Assembly: GCF_001194135.2 (NCBI RefSeq)
Contig: NC_068984.1
Span: 16,785,168 to 16,849,167 of the forward strand
Source: Octopus bimaculoides
Taxonomy: Eukaryota
Direction: 5' to 3'
Length of the DNA: 64,000 nucleotides
In this document: positions 24,301 through 39,800 of the stretch, piece after piece
How positions within the stretch are numbered: position 1 is the stretch's first letter
Layout: the number at the start of each line of letters is the position of its first letter
Position numbers and translations under genes: made by a program
The notes under the pieces: generated by a model
What the model was told of the DNA's origin: nothing
Databases searched by the model: none
What the model saw: the letters and a program-made list of their open reading frames with translations, nothing else

Positions 24301-27300
24301 AATTATTCTCTGCTCTAGCAAATTCAACACGTATTTCCCATTATTTTTGGATAAAAACAAAGCTTCTATCCAAGCTGCCAATGCATTTTTTTTTTTCATT
24401 CCCTCAGCATTAATCTCAGTTACTCAGTTGAACCTTTTGTCAAATGGAAATGTTTTGCAAAGTCATCCAAATATATTATTTTGGTTTCTCTACAAGCAAG
24501 AAGTGAGTTAGTAAAGTCTTAATTCTTCATAAAAGTGTCTTTAATTGAAAACTAAATATCTCTAACCTTAGGACAGTCTGGAACCATACAAAACATGATC
24601 TGGCGTCTAATGAGAGTAAAGAATTAAGTTTAATTTTATGTCATTTTCTTATTCATTAGCAGCAGAAAATTACATTTAAAATACTGTTGGAGGGATAAAC
24701 AAATACTGTTATAGGAATACACAAAATTATTTCTGCAGATAATTTATTTTGGGATAAATATTGCTTTTTTGAATTTAAAAAAGTTATAGTAAAACAGTAA
24801 AAACCAATATTGTGCTTTTAGGTGTATGAAGCAATGTCTGTTGATAACATTATGTAGTATGAGAATTATATTTCTTTTGGCTCAACTATTTCTTTAATCT
24901 ACTTTAGATTGTAAGAAAACATAGGATGTTAACCTATCATTTATTTGATGTTTTAAACTACAGTGTTACTTTTTAGTCAACAGAAAAATGAACATGCGGC
25001 GAGCTGGCAGAAACATTAGCACACTGGGCGAAATGCTTAACGGTATTTCGTCTGCCATTATGTTCTGAGTTCAAATTCTTCCGAGGTCGACTTTGCCTTT
25101 CATCCTTTTGGGGTCGATAAATTAAGTACCAGTTAAGCACTGGGGTCGATGTAATCGACTTAATCCCTTTAACTGTCCTTGTTTGTCCCCTCTATGTTTA
25201 GCCCCTTGTGGGCAATAAAGAAATAAGAAAAATGAACATGAAGTAATAACATTAGTCAACATTATGAAATTAACTCCAACAGCTACATTTTATTATAGTA
25301 TTTGGAACCTTTGAAAAGCAGCTTGTAGACCTGGGCATTTCAAAAACCATTATTTCAATTTTAACCGTTTTGTAACCATATTTCTGTTGAAATACAGTCT
25401 TTGTTTGAATTAACTTTGAAAATAATGAAGAATTTATTCATATAACTTTATTATTATTATTACTATTATTATTATTATTATTATTAAGCTGGTGTTTGGA
25501 ATATAGTTTAGCATGAAAGTTGGCATCTAAAAAGGTTAAAACTGTTTGATATTTTGTCCAAAGCTTTACTGATTTGTCATCCAAAAGGTTTACTAGTTTA
25601 AAAGACATTTTAATAACATTACTCTAGACAAAAGTACAATTAATAGAACTTGAAGAGGTTTCTCTTAACTGTTTAGAAGAAATATAAGGCATAAGATCCG
25701 CAAAGAAATTCTTTATATTTATGCAACCAGTTCACTTACTGATCTTATTGGATTTATCTCTTCTGCTTGTTATTTTTATCTTTAAAACGCCTTGAAAGTA
25801 AGATAGTGGATTATCTTGGTTAATCCAAGATTTTCAACACATTATTACATATGTGAAAACTCTACTGTTTATATATTTAACTTACAGAAAGCTCTTCTGA
25901 CTTATTTTTCCTTCAGCCTTATAATGTTGGTTCACCATTAGAATTATTTTGATATAAAACTGCTATATTTTATCATTTTCTTTTAGGTTCGTCAACATAA
26001 AAATTCCTCAGGGAGCCAGAAAGGAAGGGGTACGTGTACGCTGGTGGCAGCCTGAGAATGATGGCAAACTTCTTCGGGATTGGGCATTGGATGACATTGT
26101 AATTGGCGGCAACATGGTGAACCCTGTAAATGTAACAAGTAATTTTACAACTGATTTTATTGAACATGAATGGTTGACCACCAACAATCTGGAAATTGGG
26201 GAATATTGTGGGAAAGCTGAATCAGCTGTAGCAAAACCAGTTGCTGGTGAAGGAGCCAAACTGACAACCCGTGATGTCAAAATAGAAGATGATTACATAC
26301 TTCAATTCTCGATCAATGTTGGATGTGGGGCACCATGGAATAGCTCCATTTCTCCAGTTCACCTGCAATATTCTGTAAACTACGGTAAAAACTGGTATTA
26401 TGTTACTCCCCAATGTATGACTAAGGACCCCCAATGTAACACAGAAGCTTCAGTCAAGACTGTTTATTACTCAACTTTTGGCTGGCAACGAGTCATTATC
26501 CCTCTTACAGGACATGTTGTATCAAGGTAAGCATTATGTTGATATCCCCATTTTGACTCATTTGAATCTAAATATTATAAAAAATATAAAATATAAGAAA
26601 TTTTTCAAGAATGCAAAATTCCATTGCTATAGTATTATAGTTTACAATAATATTGATTGAATTGTTATATTCAAGTTGTACCCAGAGTATCAAAAAGGTA
26701 TGTTAGAGAATACAATTAAATGGAATATTTCTAAAATAAAACCTGAGAATGACAATGTATATCATAAGTTTGGGCTTTTGTGTTACAAGTGCAGTCTGTC
26801 CAATTGCCCCCTGCACTGTTTTCATGCACTCAAATTCAGCCAAGGGATCAATTCTGAAACAGTGACATCTTAAGGCATGAGCATGCTGGGAAATTGCTCT
26901 AGGAGCCCCACAGCTCTAGGGATCCAATTATGATCTATTGTTATGGTTTTCTGTCAATAAATAAATGCTATTGAGCCCATTGCATTGATTTGCCTGGTGG
27001 GGTTTATAATGCTGCTAATATGGTTCTGACCTAAACTCATGTGATTCAGAAATAAACAACTGAATCGCTCCACTATGCACTCACAAATCTATACAGCAAA
27101 CGTTTTTCATTAAGATTACTGTAGACATTAAGATATCTTTGAACTTTGTTTTCTAATTTTCTTTGTAGTGCCACACGTTTCCAGTGGTTCCAAAACATGC
27201 CTGGTCAACAGGAAGACTCCAAAGATGGCAAGGAATGGGCCATTCGAGATATCTATATTGGCAAAGCATGTGTAGATATGTGTCATGGCCACGGGTTTTG

Positions 27301-30300
27301 TGACAATGGCCAGTGTATCTGTGATGAAGGATATATGTGGGCTACATGTCACCCAATGGGATACTTTTATCAACCAGTAAATATTGATTTACTCTTATTT
27401 TCTGTTATTTTATTTATTATCTTTCTTTTATTTATCATTTCCCTGTCAATAGTTTTGCTGTCTTCAAACTTATGAATTTAAAAACCAGTTTTTTATAACA
27501 ATTTAGAGAAGTTTGAGTCTTTTTTTTAACCCTATAATGCCGATTGTCAATAATTCTTGATACTTCAGATACTATGTTCTTATTGGAAGGACACAATTCT
27601 GCTGCAGCCATAATGTTATAGCTAATTGTCATAAATGGATCTGTTGTGTACAAAAGCTACATTACACTTCTAATATATTTGTTTCTTTATGTTGTATACT
27701 GATACTAACCAACTTTCAATTCCTATTTAAAGACTCAGCTTAAAGACACATTCAATGAGCCAAATATAAACAGAAGTAACTGGTTCCTTGTGCAAGGAGC
27801 AGCTATCTACAATGCCTGTACAGAGCTTGTTGATGGAACGGCATTGGTGTTCTCAGGAAAAGGCATGCGATTGGCTGAAACCTGGGATTTGGATCTCAGA
27901 GATGCTATGTAGGTCTTTTTTTTTTACTTATACTAATTTATTCTTGTATTCTTATATTCCTTAAAACTACTTATGGTTTGATATATTTATTTGAAGCATT
28001 AAAAATAAGAATAACAGCAGAGATGTTTATATTCAGCTTTCAAATTGAATTTAGTAATACTTTGAGTATTTTTGAGTATTATAACTGAGTATTTTAATTT
28101 GTTAAAGTATAACAACATAATACCTGCTGTCAAGTAATATACAACATAATGAAAATTACATCACAAAAGAGAACATTGAAGAAAGATAACATTTTAAAGT
28201 ATTTAAAAATACAATACTAATTTATATAGAGGTATTATTAACATGATTAAATTTAGACATCTGTGTGTAATACATGTTGAAAAGGAATAAAAAATACTGG
28301 AAAATACTACAGACATCTTGTGTAACAATTTTATACTTGGGTTGCACAGTTTGACTGGGCTGGCACGCAGGAAGGCTGCACCAGACTCCAGTCTGATTTG
28401 GCATGGTTTCCTATAGCTGGATGTCCTTCCTAACACCAACCACTCTGAGAGTGTAATGAATGCTTTTACATGCCACCGGCACAGGTGCCATTTGCATGAC
28501 ACCAGAGTGCGTTTACATGCCACTGGCACAGGTGCCAATTTGAGTGGCACTGGAATCTGCCATGACTGCAATTTTGCTCGGGCTTGAGGGGTCTTCTTCT
28601 CAAGCACAACATAATGCCAAAGGTCTCAGTCATTGCCTCCGTGAGGCCAAACACTTTTATTTGCTATAATAATTAAAATAATGTTAGTCAATGTTTAATA
28701 TTTTTCCTGACTGTATAATTATTTCTACTTAACATTTTAAGTATATTAGCACTATTAATTACTATATTAGCAACTATTAATTACTATTTATTTGGAATTT
28801 TCCAAATAAACGTAAAAATTTTGAAAATTATTATTTATAAAATACAAATGTATGATCTTTATTTAAAAAATTCATAATACCAGATTCATAATGTATACTG
28901 CCATAATTGGAGGCACTCAGAAAAATGGTGAATGTGCTGTACCCAATTCTAGAAGCCAAAGTGTCATACTACAATATTCTATCAATGGTGGTAAGTCCCT
29001 TTTGTTATCCCTTTTACCCCAGGTACTAAATTATTAAGGAACAAATTTACTAACTTTATAATTTTTTCCAGATAGTGTGAAGTTCAGATAGAAATATATC
29101 AATATCATAAGTTTCCTCCAGACACTGTAAAATTAAGATCGCATAGCCTTGTATTCAAACCTTGTAGCAACCATCATGTTGTTCATTTAACCAGGCCACA
29201 GTATCACAGTATCAACCAGACCGTTAAATGCTGTTATACACCACTGGTCACAATACACTTCTAATTCTGTCTTAATTGCACCATTCTTTTCCCTCTTGGC
29301 CCAAACTGCTAGACCAAATCATCTTCCCATCATTATGGGAGCCCTTCCAAGCAGCCTTTCCTGATCTGTTGGATATAACTCAGTAACTACATGGGTTCAC
29401 CTGTTGTCTATAAGCCTTACAATGTGTCCAATTCAGTAGAACTTGTGCTTTCAGTATTCTGCAACCACATCATTCACTCCATTTTTTCCTTTAATTATCT
29501 CATTTCAAATATGGTCTCATAATGATATTCTTAGCATAAATCTTTTCTATGGCCCTTTATGTTATTGCCAATTAATGTTGCATCCTCTTTGTAATGGCCC
29601 ACATCTCACTTGCATATAAGAGCACAGGTAGAATGGTGCTATTGAAGAGAAGACAGGCACATATGATATTGTCAAGCTTTATTTTGGACATGTCATTTAT
29701 TCACTTAAATGCCTTCTATCTTGCCCTTATTTTTTTTGAGATTTCAGCATCCATAGCTCAGTACATATTAACCATGAAATATTACTAACATTTTAAGTCT
29801 ACTTAACTGAAAATAGTTACCAATTTTACTTTGTAATTGAATTATTATCATTTGCAAGGCTATATAACTTCAAAGAAATCATATTCTCTTATATTTTACA
29901 TGCAAATAGCAATTTATTTCAAAATCTATATCCCTCCTTATTCTAATACATAAAATGGCATCTAAAACAGTCAGAAATATATACTAATATCAATAGCTTG
30001 TAGTTTGTACAATAGTTTTGACCATTGTTTTCATTATTGTCAGCAACATCAGATTTTTTGTCTGTATTTCTTGCCTCCCATTTGCTATTCCCAAAACCAT
30101 TTCCTTATCTGCCACTCATGCAACATGTTTCATGTAGCTTATCTCCTATCTCTGAATGATTTTCAAAAGTTTTACAGTTTTTGTCATTTTGTTCAATATC
30201 GATTCATTATTTTTTACTTTCTACTCAACATTCTCACAAGCAAAATAGTGGTGGCACCTTAGCTCAGATGCTTCAGTATTTTTGTTCTTACACTTTTTAA

Positions 30301-33300
30301 TCATCTGCCATTCAGATCAATAGGTGACCATTGGGATTACCTATTGTTATTGTAAAAGGATTATTGAAAGAAGCTTATTGTTGCTGTCTAACCCAATATT
30401 ATCATCGATCCAACAGGCCTAGAATCAGCAATCACCACCCCAACATTTTTCAGACTCAATGTATCAAGAACTACATTATCCAATGTTTTTTGTTTTGTTT
30501 TTTTCAGAAGACAGTGTGATTTAAGGGACATATGGTCGCTATTTCTTGCAAGCTAATTTCAGCTTTGATTTTCATCCCTCTGATATTGATCAAATAAAAT
30601 ACATCTATCCTCATTTATTATGGGATTTGGGTACAAAAAAGTGATAAATGAATCAGTGATAAATGAGGCTATATTGGGATTGAAATATATGTCTATGTCT
30701 TAAATATGAATGGTATTATAATGCTAAATCTTAGAGATTTCAGTTTTCTCACTGTAACTGTAAGATCATTCCAAATGGATGTTTCAATATGATACTAGTT
30801 TCAGACCACCAAAGTGATTCCATAATTCTATATGCAAAGTTAATTAATAAAATCTTAAAATCACCATCTGTGCACCATACAAAATTCCTACACACCATTA
30901 GAAGGCATGAAGCTGTAGAACTGTCTGAAATAAAATCTATTTATAGACTTGCTGTGTCAAAAGCACAATTTATATCAGAAGGAGACAAACATCATTGTTG
31001 CAGTGACTCACAACAGAGACAAATGCATTCCTCCTTTGTTGAGACTTGTCAATGCAGTGCTTTGGTGTTGTGGAAGCTTACTGGGTTAAACAATTCCACA
31101 ATTTCATGCCTTCTAATAGAGTGTATGCTTTTAGTATAATAGACAGACGATGATTTTAATTTAACGCTGTCTCAATTGAGTTTTACTAAATAAAATCTTA
31201 TTTTTTTACATTATTGTTTCCTTCCAGGTATCATTTGGGACACAATTTATACTCTTGACTACCAATATTACCAACATCCAAAAACAGACCATCTAAAGTT
31301 GCCCTTCTCTGCTAGAACAGGCAGTACGCGTATTCGATGGTGGCAGCCCATGCCTCTTGATAACTTAGAAGTATTTCCCAGCTGGGCTCTGGACAATGTT
31401 TATATTGGGGGATCAGAAATTAATCCTAGCTTACTTTGGTTAAATTTTACTCAAGGTATGCATGAACTATGGTCTAACTGGGAGTTTTCTCCACGCGGTC
31501 AAGTCAGCAAAGATTTCTGTTACAAAACTGAACATTCTCTTACTTGGAACAATGACAAAAGAGAGAAAAGTTTAACTACAAATCAACTTATTGTTCAGGA
31601 AGATTCCATGCTCCAATTTAAGGTACAATATTTTATATCTTGTTTTATTTTATTATATTGTATTTTTTTATTTAGACAAATGACTGTTCTTAAGACCTGA
31701 TAAAATGGAAATGATATAGAGTTTCTAAACTTGTTTTAATATTAAAACATTTAATCACTGTTTATATATGTGTGTAATGATTGCTTGTTTTCTTCCAGTA
31801 AATGCAAAAAAAAAAAGTAAATTGGAACTTTTTATAGAATTTCATTGATTCTGTCAAATAAGTTGGGCTTTTTTGATATTTTCTAGACAACGCCACAATT
31901 TCCAGACTTCTACATAAACTTTTTGTTAGATGATAGAATGCACTGTCTAAGACTGGGAGAAAATTACAGTTATGATAAAAGGTTGCAAGTGCCACAGTAG
32001 TTTGGAGAAGATATTCTTTTGTGTAACTTTAGATAAAACATTTACATCATCTTTGTAGCTGAGTTCTACAACAGGGCATAATATCCTATTCACAGAAATC
32101 AAACATTATAAAGTTTCTGTGTTTATACCAGGCAAATATTCATAAAAGAGGTTCTATCAATATTCTTTATTCAAAAGATATAGGTCTATTCATTTTCCAT
32201 AGTGACTAAATTTGGCATTTCCATCTGAGCAGTCATCCTCACAGAGAGCTTTTTTGTAACTACATAGTAACTTTCTGTAAAGTATGAACATAAAAGATCA
32301 GAATACAGTGTTATTATTTGATATTCACAGAGCAAAGCAAAAGAAATAATCCTTTTCCCAATAATAATAATAATATTCCTTGATGCTATTGTTTCTCCAG
32401 ATTGCTATTGGGTGTAATAATAAATTCAACAGCTGCATTCCAAATAGCCCTGTACATCTTGAATTCAGGAAGAATCCAAGCGTTGGGAAATGGGAACACC
32501 TATTACCCATTTGCTTACCAGATAACAATGTCTTGATGAGCTGCCGGCCTCACATACACCACAAAGCAAGTATAATGTATGCTGATGAATATCCAACTTG
32601 GACAAGGTACACTTTGAAATTACCAGACAAAGCACATTCAAGGTAAGGTACAATTTTATTAAGACATATTAACCCTCTAACATTCAGATTACTATGCCAC
32701 ATATAATGCTTATTTATCACATTGTTTTGAATTCATACATTAGCTTGTAGCTTTGAGATTTTGATGATGTGACTTATTTCTAGAAAGACATTATAGGGTA
32801 GGTGAGATAGACCAGATATGATCAGTTAGGACAGTGCTTCTCAAACTATCTAATGTGGTGAATTGGCAGTTTCTTTTCCAATGTGCCAGGAACCAGTCAT
32901 ATTTCTAAGTAATATTAATTTATACCAGAAACAATATATACAATGAATATAATAAAAGTTGACAATTTTTTAATCTTATATTTATTTTGTAAACAAATAA
33001 TACAATATTACATAGGCATTTTATAATGTTTCTTTCTTTTCTGGAAACTCGCAGTGTATTGGCAGGTGATGGCTCGTGGACCAACACCGGTCCGCAGACC
33101 ACCACTTTGAGTAGCACTGAGTTAGAACATAAAACAGGTAGAATATTTGAGCCAGATATTGCTGGTTTCAGTGTTAAAGTGTCAAAAAGATTTTACTGTA
33201 TTTAATAAGAATTTTAACCTTATCAAGTTCCATATGCATTTAAAGTTATTCATCTTAGCATTACCAATATTAGCTTATACAAGGCCTACTTGCTATTAAC

Positions 33301-33820
33301 CCTATCATTACTATATTTCTGTTAAAAATACATTAGTTTTATGACAAGTAACACTCTGCTTATTGAAATATTGCCTAAGCATCTAGCTTTATCACTCATT
33401 TCCCAATTTGTCTTATTTCCCATTTTATGTGTAATTTAAACCAATAATCGATAATAGCATTTGCATTAAATTGAGAAGAGGATTGGGCTTTATAACCACA
33501 TATTAAAATCTGTTTCAGCTCCACACAAATACGTTGGGTCCAGAAACATGTGGAAGGAGCAGTATCACCACCATGGGCCCTTGATGAGATTTACATTGGA
33601 GAGACATGTCCAGATATGTGCAATGGCCGCGGAGATTGTAGAAAGGGTCGGTGCTTCTGTGAACCAGGAACAGTTGGTCAGTTCAATGTTGCTTTAATTT
33701 AGTGTACAAGCCATTTTGGCACAACCATTTTGGTGCTGCCTGTTTGGCTTTGATAATTCGATACTGACTTATTTGACATCAGACATTTTAGTGTTTCTTT
33801 CATTCTCTCTGTCACTCTTT

Positions 33821-33874
<54 letters not shown>

Positions 33875-33884
33875 NNNNNNNNNN

Positions 33885-33915
<31 letters not shown>

Positions 33916-34865
33916 CACACACATATGTGTGTGTGTGAATGTTTGCATCCAGTGCTAAAAAGTACTATCAAAACAGGTGCATCCAAACAGCCATACTTAA
34001 TCATCTCATTCTATTTAATTTACTATCTTTTCCTTAGCTTTTCTTTTTTTAATTATTTGTTTCAGAGAAACACAGTAGCCTTTCAAACTTAGAACACAAC
34101 CTGTTTTTGGTTTTTAGCTGTCTTTCTCATAGAAAGACAGGCACAATATGACTTCCTATTTCTAAAAAATTATACTTTTTAGAAGCACAGAGCAATCAAT
34201 TTTGTTCAAATGTAGCAAAGCTAAATAGTTTAAGGTATCAAGTTTAATATTTTTCTGTTCTCAGTTCAATATTTCATCATCATCAACCCCTGGACATTAT
34301 TGTCTTGATCCTCAGGATTCACAGGGCAGGTTACCCATGTCCGGTGACATATCAGCAACTAAAATCATAACATTCCTTCTGAACAGGACACCAGTCCATT
34401 GCAGAGTTTTCATTTACAGCTGAGTGATCAGAATCAATGTGAAATTAACCCTTTGAGTATTGACCTCCTGAGCCTTATTTTACCATATACCTGGCACTCT
34501 ACCGGTGCTAAGGTATAGAGAAAAATAAGCCATCCACCGGTAAACCGGTGTTACAGGCTCAAGGGATTAAATGTTTTGCTGAAGAACACAATGCACCACT
34601 CAGTGCAGGAATTGAAACCCTACCATCTTGCAACCATGAGTACAACCACCTAAGCACAAAACCATACATCAGACTAATTTAATTAGCTACACTAGGCTAA
34701 TTTAATCGAGGAGTGGCTGTGTGGTAAGTAGCTTGCTTACCAACCACATGGTTCTAGGTTCAGTCCCACTGTGTGGCACCTTGGACAAATGTCTTCTACT
34801 ACAGCCTCAGGCCGACCAAAGCCTTGTGAGTGGATTTGGTAGACGGAAACTGAAAGAAGCCCGTC

Positions 34866-34908
<43 letters not shown>

Positions 34909-36847
34909 CATATATATACGTATGTGTGTGTATATGTTTGTGTGTGTGTGTTTGTGCCCCCAACAATGTTTGATAACCGATGATGATGGTGTGTTTACGT
35001 CCCCGTAACTAAGCGGTTTGGCAAAAGAGACCGATAGAATAAGTACTAGGCTTACAAAGAATAAGTCCTAGGGTCGACTTGCTCGACTAAAGGCGGTGCT
35101 CCAGCATGGCCACAGTCAAATGACTGAAACAAGTAAAAGAGTAAAGAGAGTATACTCTTTCTTTTGGCTTTGACTTGGAAAGAAAGCATTACTTCTACCA
35201 ATATATTTTCAACAATTTACTATAGATGATCAAAGCTGATTTTTCATATGGTTTTTACAGTTAAATGTTCAAACATTTAACAACAAAATGTTGCATGAAC
35301 CATTTAGTTGCCATAATGTGTGGTAATACATTTATATTTGAATTGAATCATTTATGAATTCATATCTATGTAGAGATAGTTAGATCCTATTTTAAAACTA
35401 TTTCTTCTAGAGTCAGAGCCTGAAAGGAATAAGTCTTGCAATTCTGTGGAAATCCTTAGAAATTCCTTGAAAAATTACTGGCAGCCATTAGCAGAATCTT
35501 AACTGTGAAAATTCTTTAAGAAGAGGAAATAAATCAATGATAATTCTCCATGTGATTCTGAAATTTTATATAATTTTACATAACTGAAACTTCTGTTCAT
35601 AAATTTGCTTTTTCCTACTATTTCTATTTCTTTTGGTTTAAAATAAAAATTGATTAAAAATTTACATTAATTCCAATAAATCAAATTTACTAATACACAC
35701 ACATACATGTATGTGTGTGTGTGTGTGTGTGACTTGTATTAGATATAATTTCAACTGATTGTTTGCAAATATTTACAACTAAATGCAATTACAGGAGTCA
35801 AATGAAATCTTCAATGATTAGCATTTCAGATCTCTAACAAATAGATTTATTACAAGTAATATATTACTTATTTATTCTGGCACAGGCATATTACATACTG
35901 CATAATTTTTATTATAGCACTGATATATCGATTATTGAACATGAAAGTTTTTAGTTAGCAGGAAAGATGTGACTAAAATCTAATTGGAGAAGTAGCAATG
36001 TTCCATAAGTAGTTGTTGGCACTCCGTTGCTTACGATGTGGAGGGTTCCAGTTGATCCGATCAACGGAACAGCCTGCTCGTGAAATTAACTTGCAAGTGG
36101 CTGAGCACTCCACAGACACATGTACCCTTAATGCAGTTCTCGGGGATATTCAGCATGACACAGTGTCACAAAGCTGACCCTTTGAATTACAGGCACAACA
36201 GAAACAGGAAGTAAGAGTGAGAGAAAGTTGTGGTGAAAGAGTACAGCAGGGTTCACCACCATCCCCTGTAGGAGGCTCATGGAGCTTTAGGTGTTTTAGC
36301 TCAATAAACACTCACAACGCCCGGTCTGGAAATCGAATGACCGCGAGTCCGCTGCCCTAACCACTGGGCCATTGCGCCTCCACCCCATAAGTAGATAAGT
36401 ATTCTATGCATTGTACCAAATGAAATGATTGGTGCACAAGAAGGGCAAAGTAACAGAGAAGGGCTTTCTAAGTTGCAGGGGTATAGGAATACTTAACAGT
36501 AGGAGTTCTGGTAAAATAAATTCTTTGAAATACTTGGGGTTTTATAGCAGTCATCAATAAGTTCTATTACCAAAGCAATCTAGTTTGCTTGGAGGAGGTC
36601 ATGCTGGAAACATGGCAGCCTGAGTAAAAATAGTGGAAAATAGCCTGAATCATATTTAATGCATATCCACATCAATAGGCGAGTTATTGCATTGCACTGA
36701 CATTCCATCGGTTGCAAGGATTAGAGTTCTAGTTGATCAGATCAAGAGAACAATCTGCTTGGCTATGTGGTAAGTAGCTTGCTTACCAACCACATAGTTG
36801 GAATTGGTAGACGGAAACTGAAAGAAGCTCGTCGTATATATATATAC

Positions 36848-36894
<47 letters not shown>

Positions 36895-39800
36895 TCCCCC
36901 ACCAACATCGCTTGACAACCGATGCTGGTGTGTTTACGTCCCCGTAACTTAGTGGTTCAGCCAAAGAGACCGATAGAATAAGTACTAGGCTTACAAAGAA
37001 TAAGTCCTGGGATCGATTTGCCTGACTAAAGGCGGTGCTCCAGCATGGCCACAGTCAAATGACTGAAACAAGTAAAAGAATAAAGAGTATGCAAAATGGC
37101 TGAGCACTTCCACAGATATGCATACCCTTAACCCATATATACCCCTGATAGTGTTTTAGCAATGCAAAACCTGCTCCTACTTGTTTGGATATGAACTCGC
37201 CTGGAAGCATCTGACTGAGCATGCAAAATGTTCAGTAGGTGGTCGACACCCGTAGCTAACAGTTGCATACTGTCCTTCTCTTACCATAATGTTTAACCTA
37301 AATACAGTGAAATGTTTTATGGGCATATATGGGTTAATGTAGTTCTCAGGGAAATTCAGCATGACACAGAATATGACAAGGCTGGCCCTTTGAAATACAG
37401 ATACAACTCATTTTTGCCAGCTGTGAAGACTGGAACAATGTGAAATAAAGTGTCTTGCTCAAGGGCACAACACACTGCTGGGAATCCAACTCACAACATT
37501 GCAATAGTGAGCTGAATACCCCTAACCACTTGGCTACAACCATCTCTTATAAATGTGCTGTGTTAAAAGCAATTACTATCAGAAGGACTCAAAAATCACC
37601 CCTGTAGCAGCCAGTCAGAACACTAGATGCGTTTTGGCCTTTCCAGGTCTTTTCAATGGCATGCACTCACAGCCAACGACATGCTTGGACAAGAATTCCA
37701 ATATAGGAAATGGTAAATAAAACATTCACTGGTGTCAGAAATAGCCACCTTAATCTATTAGCAAAAAAAAGGGGATTATCTTTTTGAGCAAAGGACATTG
37801 GTATGATGTGGGATGATGCAGGATAACATGCTATGTTTGAAAACAAACCAAAAATGGGTCAGTCATGACTGTTCCATTGAATGAACATTAATCTAGGCAA
37901 ATAGTAACAGCACTGTAATAATTAACCATCAATAAAGAAAAAAAACCTAAAAATCATTTTAAATTACTTCTCTTTTGCAGGTACAACTTGTGCTCCAGAT
38001 CAGGCCAAGCTCTTACAAAGACTAACTGATTCCTTTGAAGGCTCCATTATTACCCATTATTGGGAATCAATTAAAGGAGGTGGTATAGGACTAGGTTGTG
38101 GTGCTCTTTATCCTTATGCACATGGAAAGTCTTTGTATTTCAATGGCTGTGGACAACGACATGTCATCACACAACCGATGAACCTCTTTACAGGAGGGTA
38201 AGTCAAATAGAAAAATATATTTTTTAAAATGAAGACAATTACAGTAATCCCTCGCCATATGCACTCAGTACATTGTGGTTTGCCTATCACTCACTCAGCA
38301 TGTCGCTGTTCACTTATCGCACACTCAGTACGTCGTGGATTTTTCTGGCTAATATATGTAAATTTATATCACGGGTTTCTGTGGCTGATAGATATTAATA
38401 TTTTTTTAGATTTTGATTATATCATGCCTAAAAATTAATAAATAAAATTAGAGTACAGTACTGCACTGTATAACACATTAATTAAAATATATTAAAGGAA
38501 AATACATAGTGTACCATAGATGAGTAAACAAAGAATCACACATCCTGTATGGGAAACAGAACTCACAAGGAAAGTGAGTGGAATTGTTTTGCATTTATAA
38601 TAAAATAGGTATATCCAAATTATAAAAATGCTAAAAAATATATACAGTATTGTTTCTTATTTCTTTATTGCCCACAAGGGGCTAAACATAGAGGGGACAA
38701 ACAAGGACAGACAAAGGGATTAAGTCGATTACATCGAACCCAGTACGTAACTGGTACTTAATTTATCGACCCCGAAAGGATGAACGGCAAAGTCGACCTT
38801 GGCGGAATTTGAACTCAGAACGTAACGGCAGACGAAATACCACTAAGCATTTCACCCGGCGTGCTAACTAACATTCCTGCCAGCTCACCACCTTCAGTAT
38901 ATACAGTACTGTTTCTACTTTGCGGATTTTCACCAATCACGAGAGGTTTTGGAACATAACACCCACGACAGTCAAGGGATTGCTGTACTACTAAAAAATT
39001 TTTAATTACATTTGAAACTTTATTGCAAGTATAATTATTTTCATGAGGGAGTTTCTATGCATTTATATGTGTGTATTTGTGCATGCTTATGTTTATTTTG
39101 TATAATGGTTAAAATAGTGCTGTTCACACAGGTTTTGTCGTTTGTTTTCTGTCGACCATGAAAGCACATTCGGGCTTATTGACATATCTTGATATGCTAC
39201 AGAATCATTGTAAACAAAAGGCTCATTCATTTAGTGTCATTTGTTCCTACTTCTCTACATAACAGTGTCCAGACTATTTATTGTTCAACAGAATGGAGTA
39301 TTATTACCACACTTGGAAACAAGTGAATGTTAGCACCAGGAACAGCATTGGTCCACAGAAAACTGTTCTCCAACTACAGTCTTGAAATTTGATAGGCAAA
39401 CTGTGCTGCAGCCAATTGTGTTATGAGAAAGTCTTTTGTTTCGAGCCTATGCTCTTTGACAGAAAGGAACACAGAAATAAACAGGAAGAGAAAATAGAAA
39501 AAGGTTTAGTGGCTAGCGATCTATCATGGCAAATGTATATATATATCAACATGTGAAACCATAAATCCAGAGACATTTTTTTTTCTTTCTTGGGTTGTTT
39601 TCCTCTCTCCATGTATTCTTCCCTCATTACTTTCTGTAGGAGAGCGTAGGCTTGAAACATCAAAGACTCTTCCATTTTTCCTGAGTGTCAAACTAATATA
39701 TCTTGTTTGTTGTACCCTCTCCTGTCTCTGTCTTTATATATATATATATATATATGATGGCTGTGTAAAACTAATGTCATAGAGAAAGTATACTGATGTA

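Noticed and set aside
36330-36385. tRNA gene candidates at SINE heads (also 21770, 24997, 34710)
   Set aside because: A and B boxes are present but there is no complete cloverleaf, and each continues into a multi-copy SINE body
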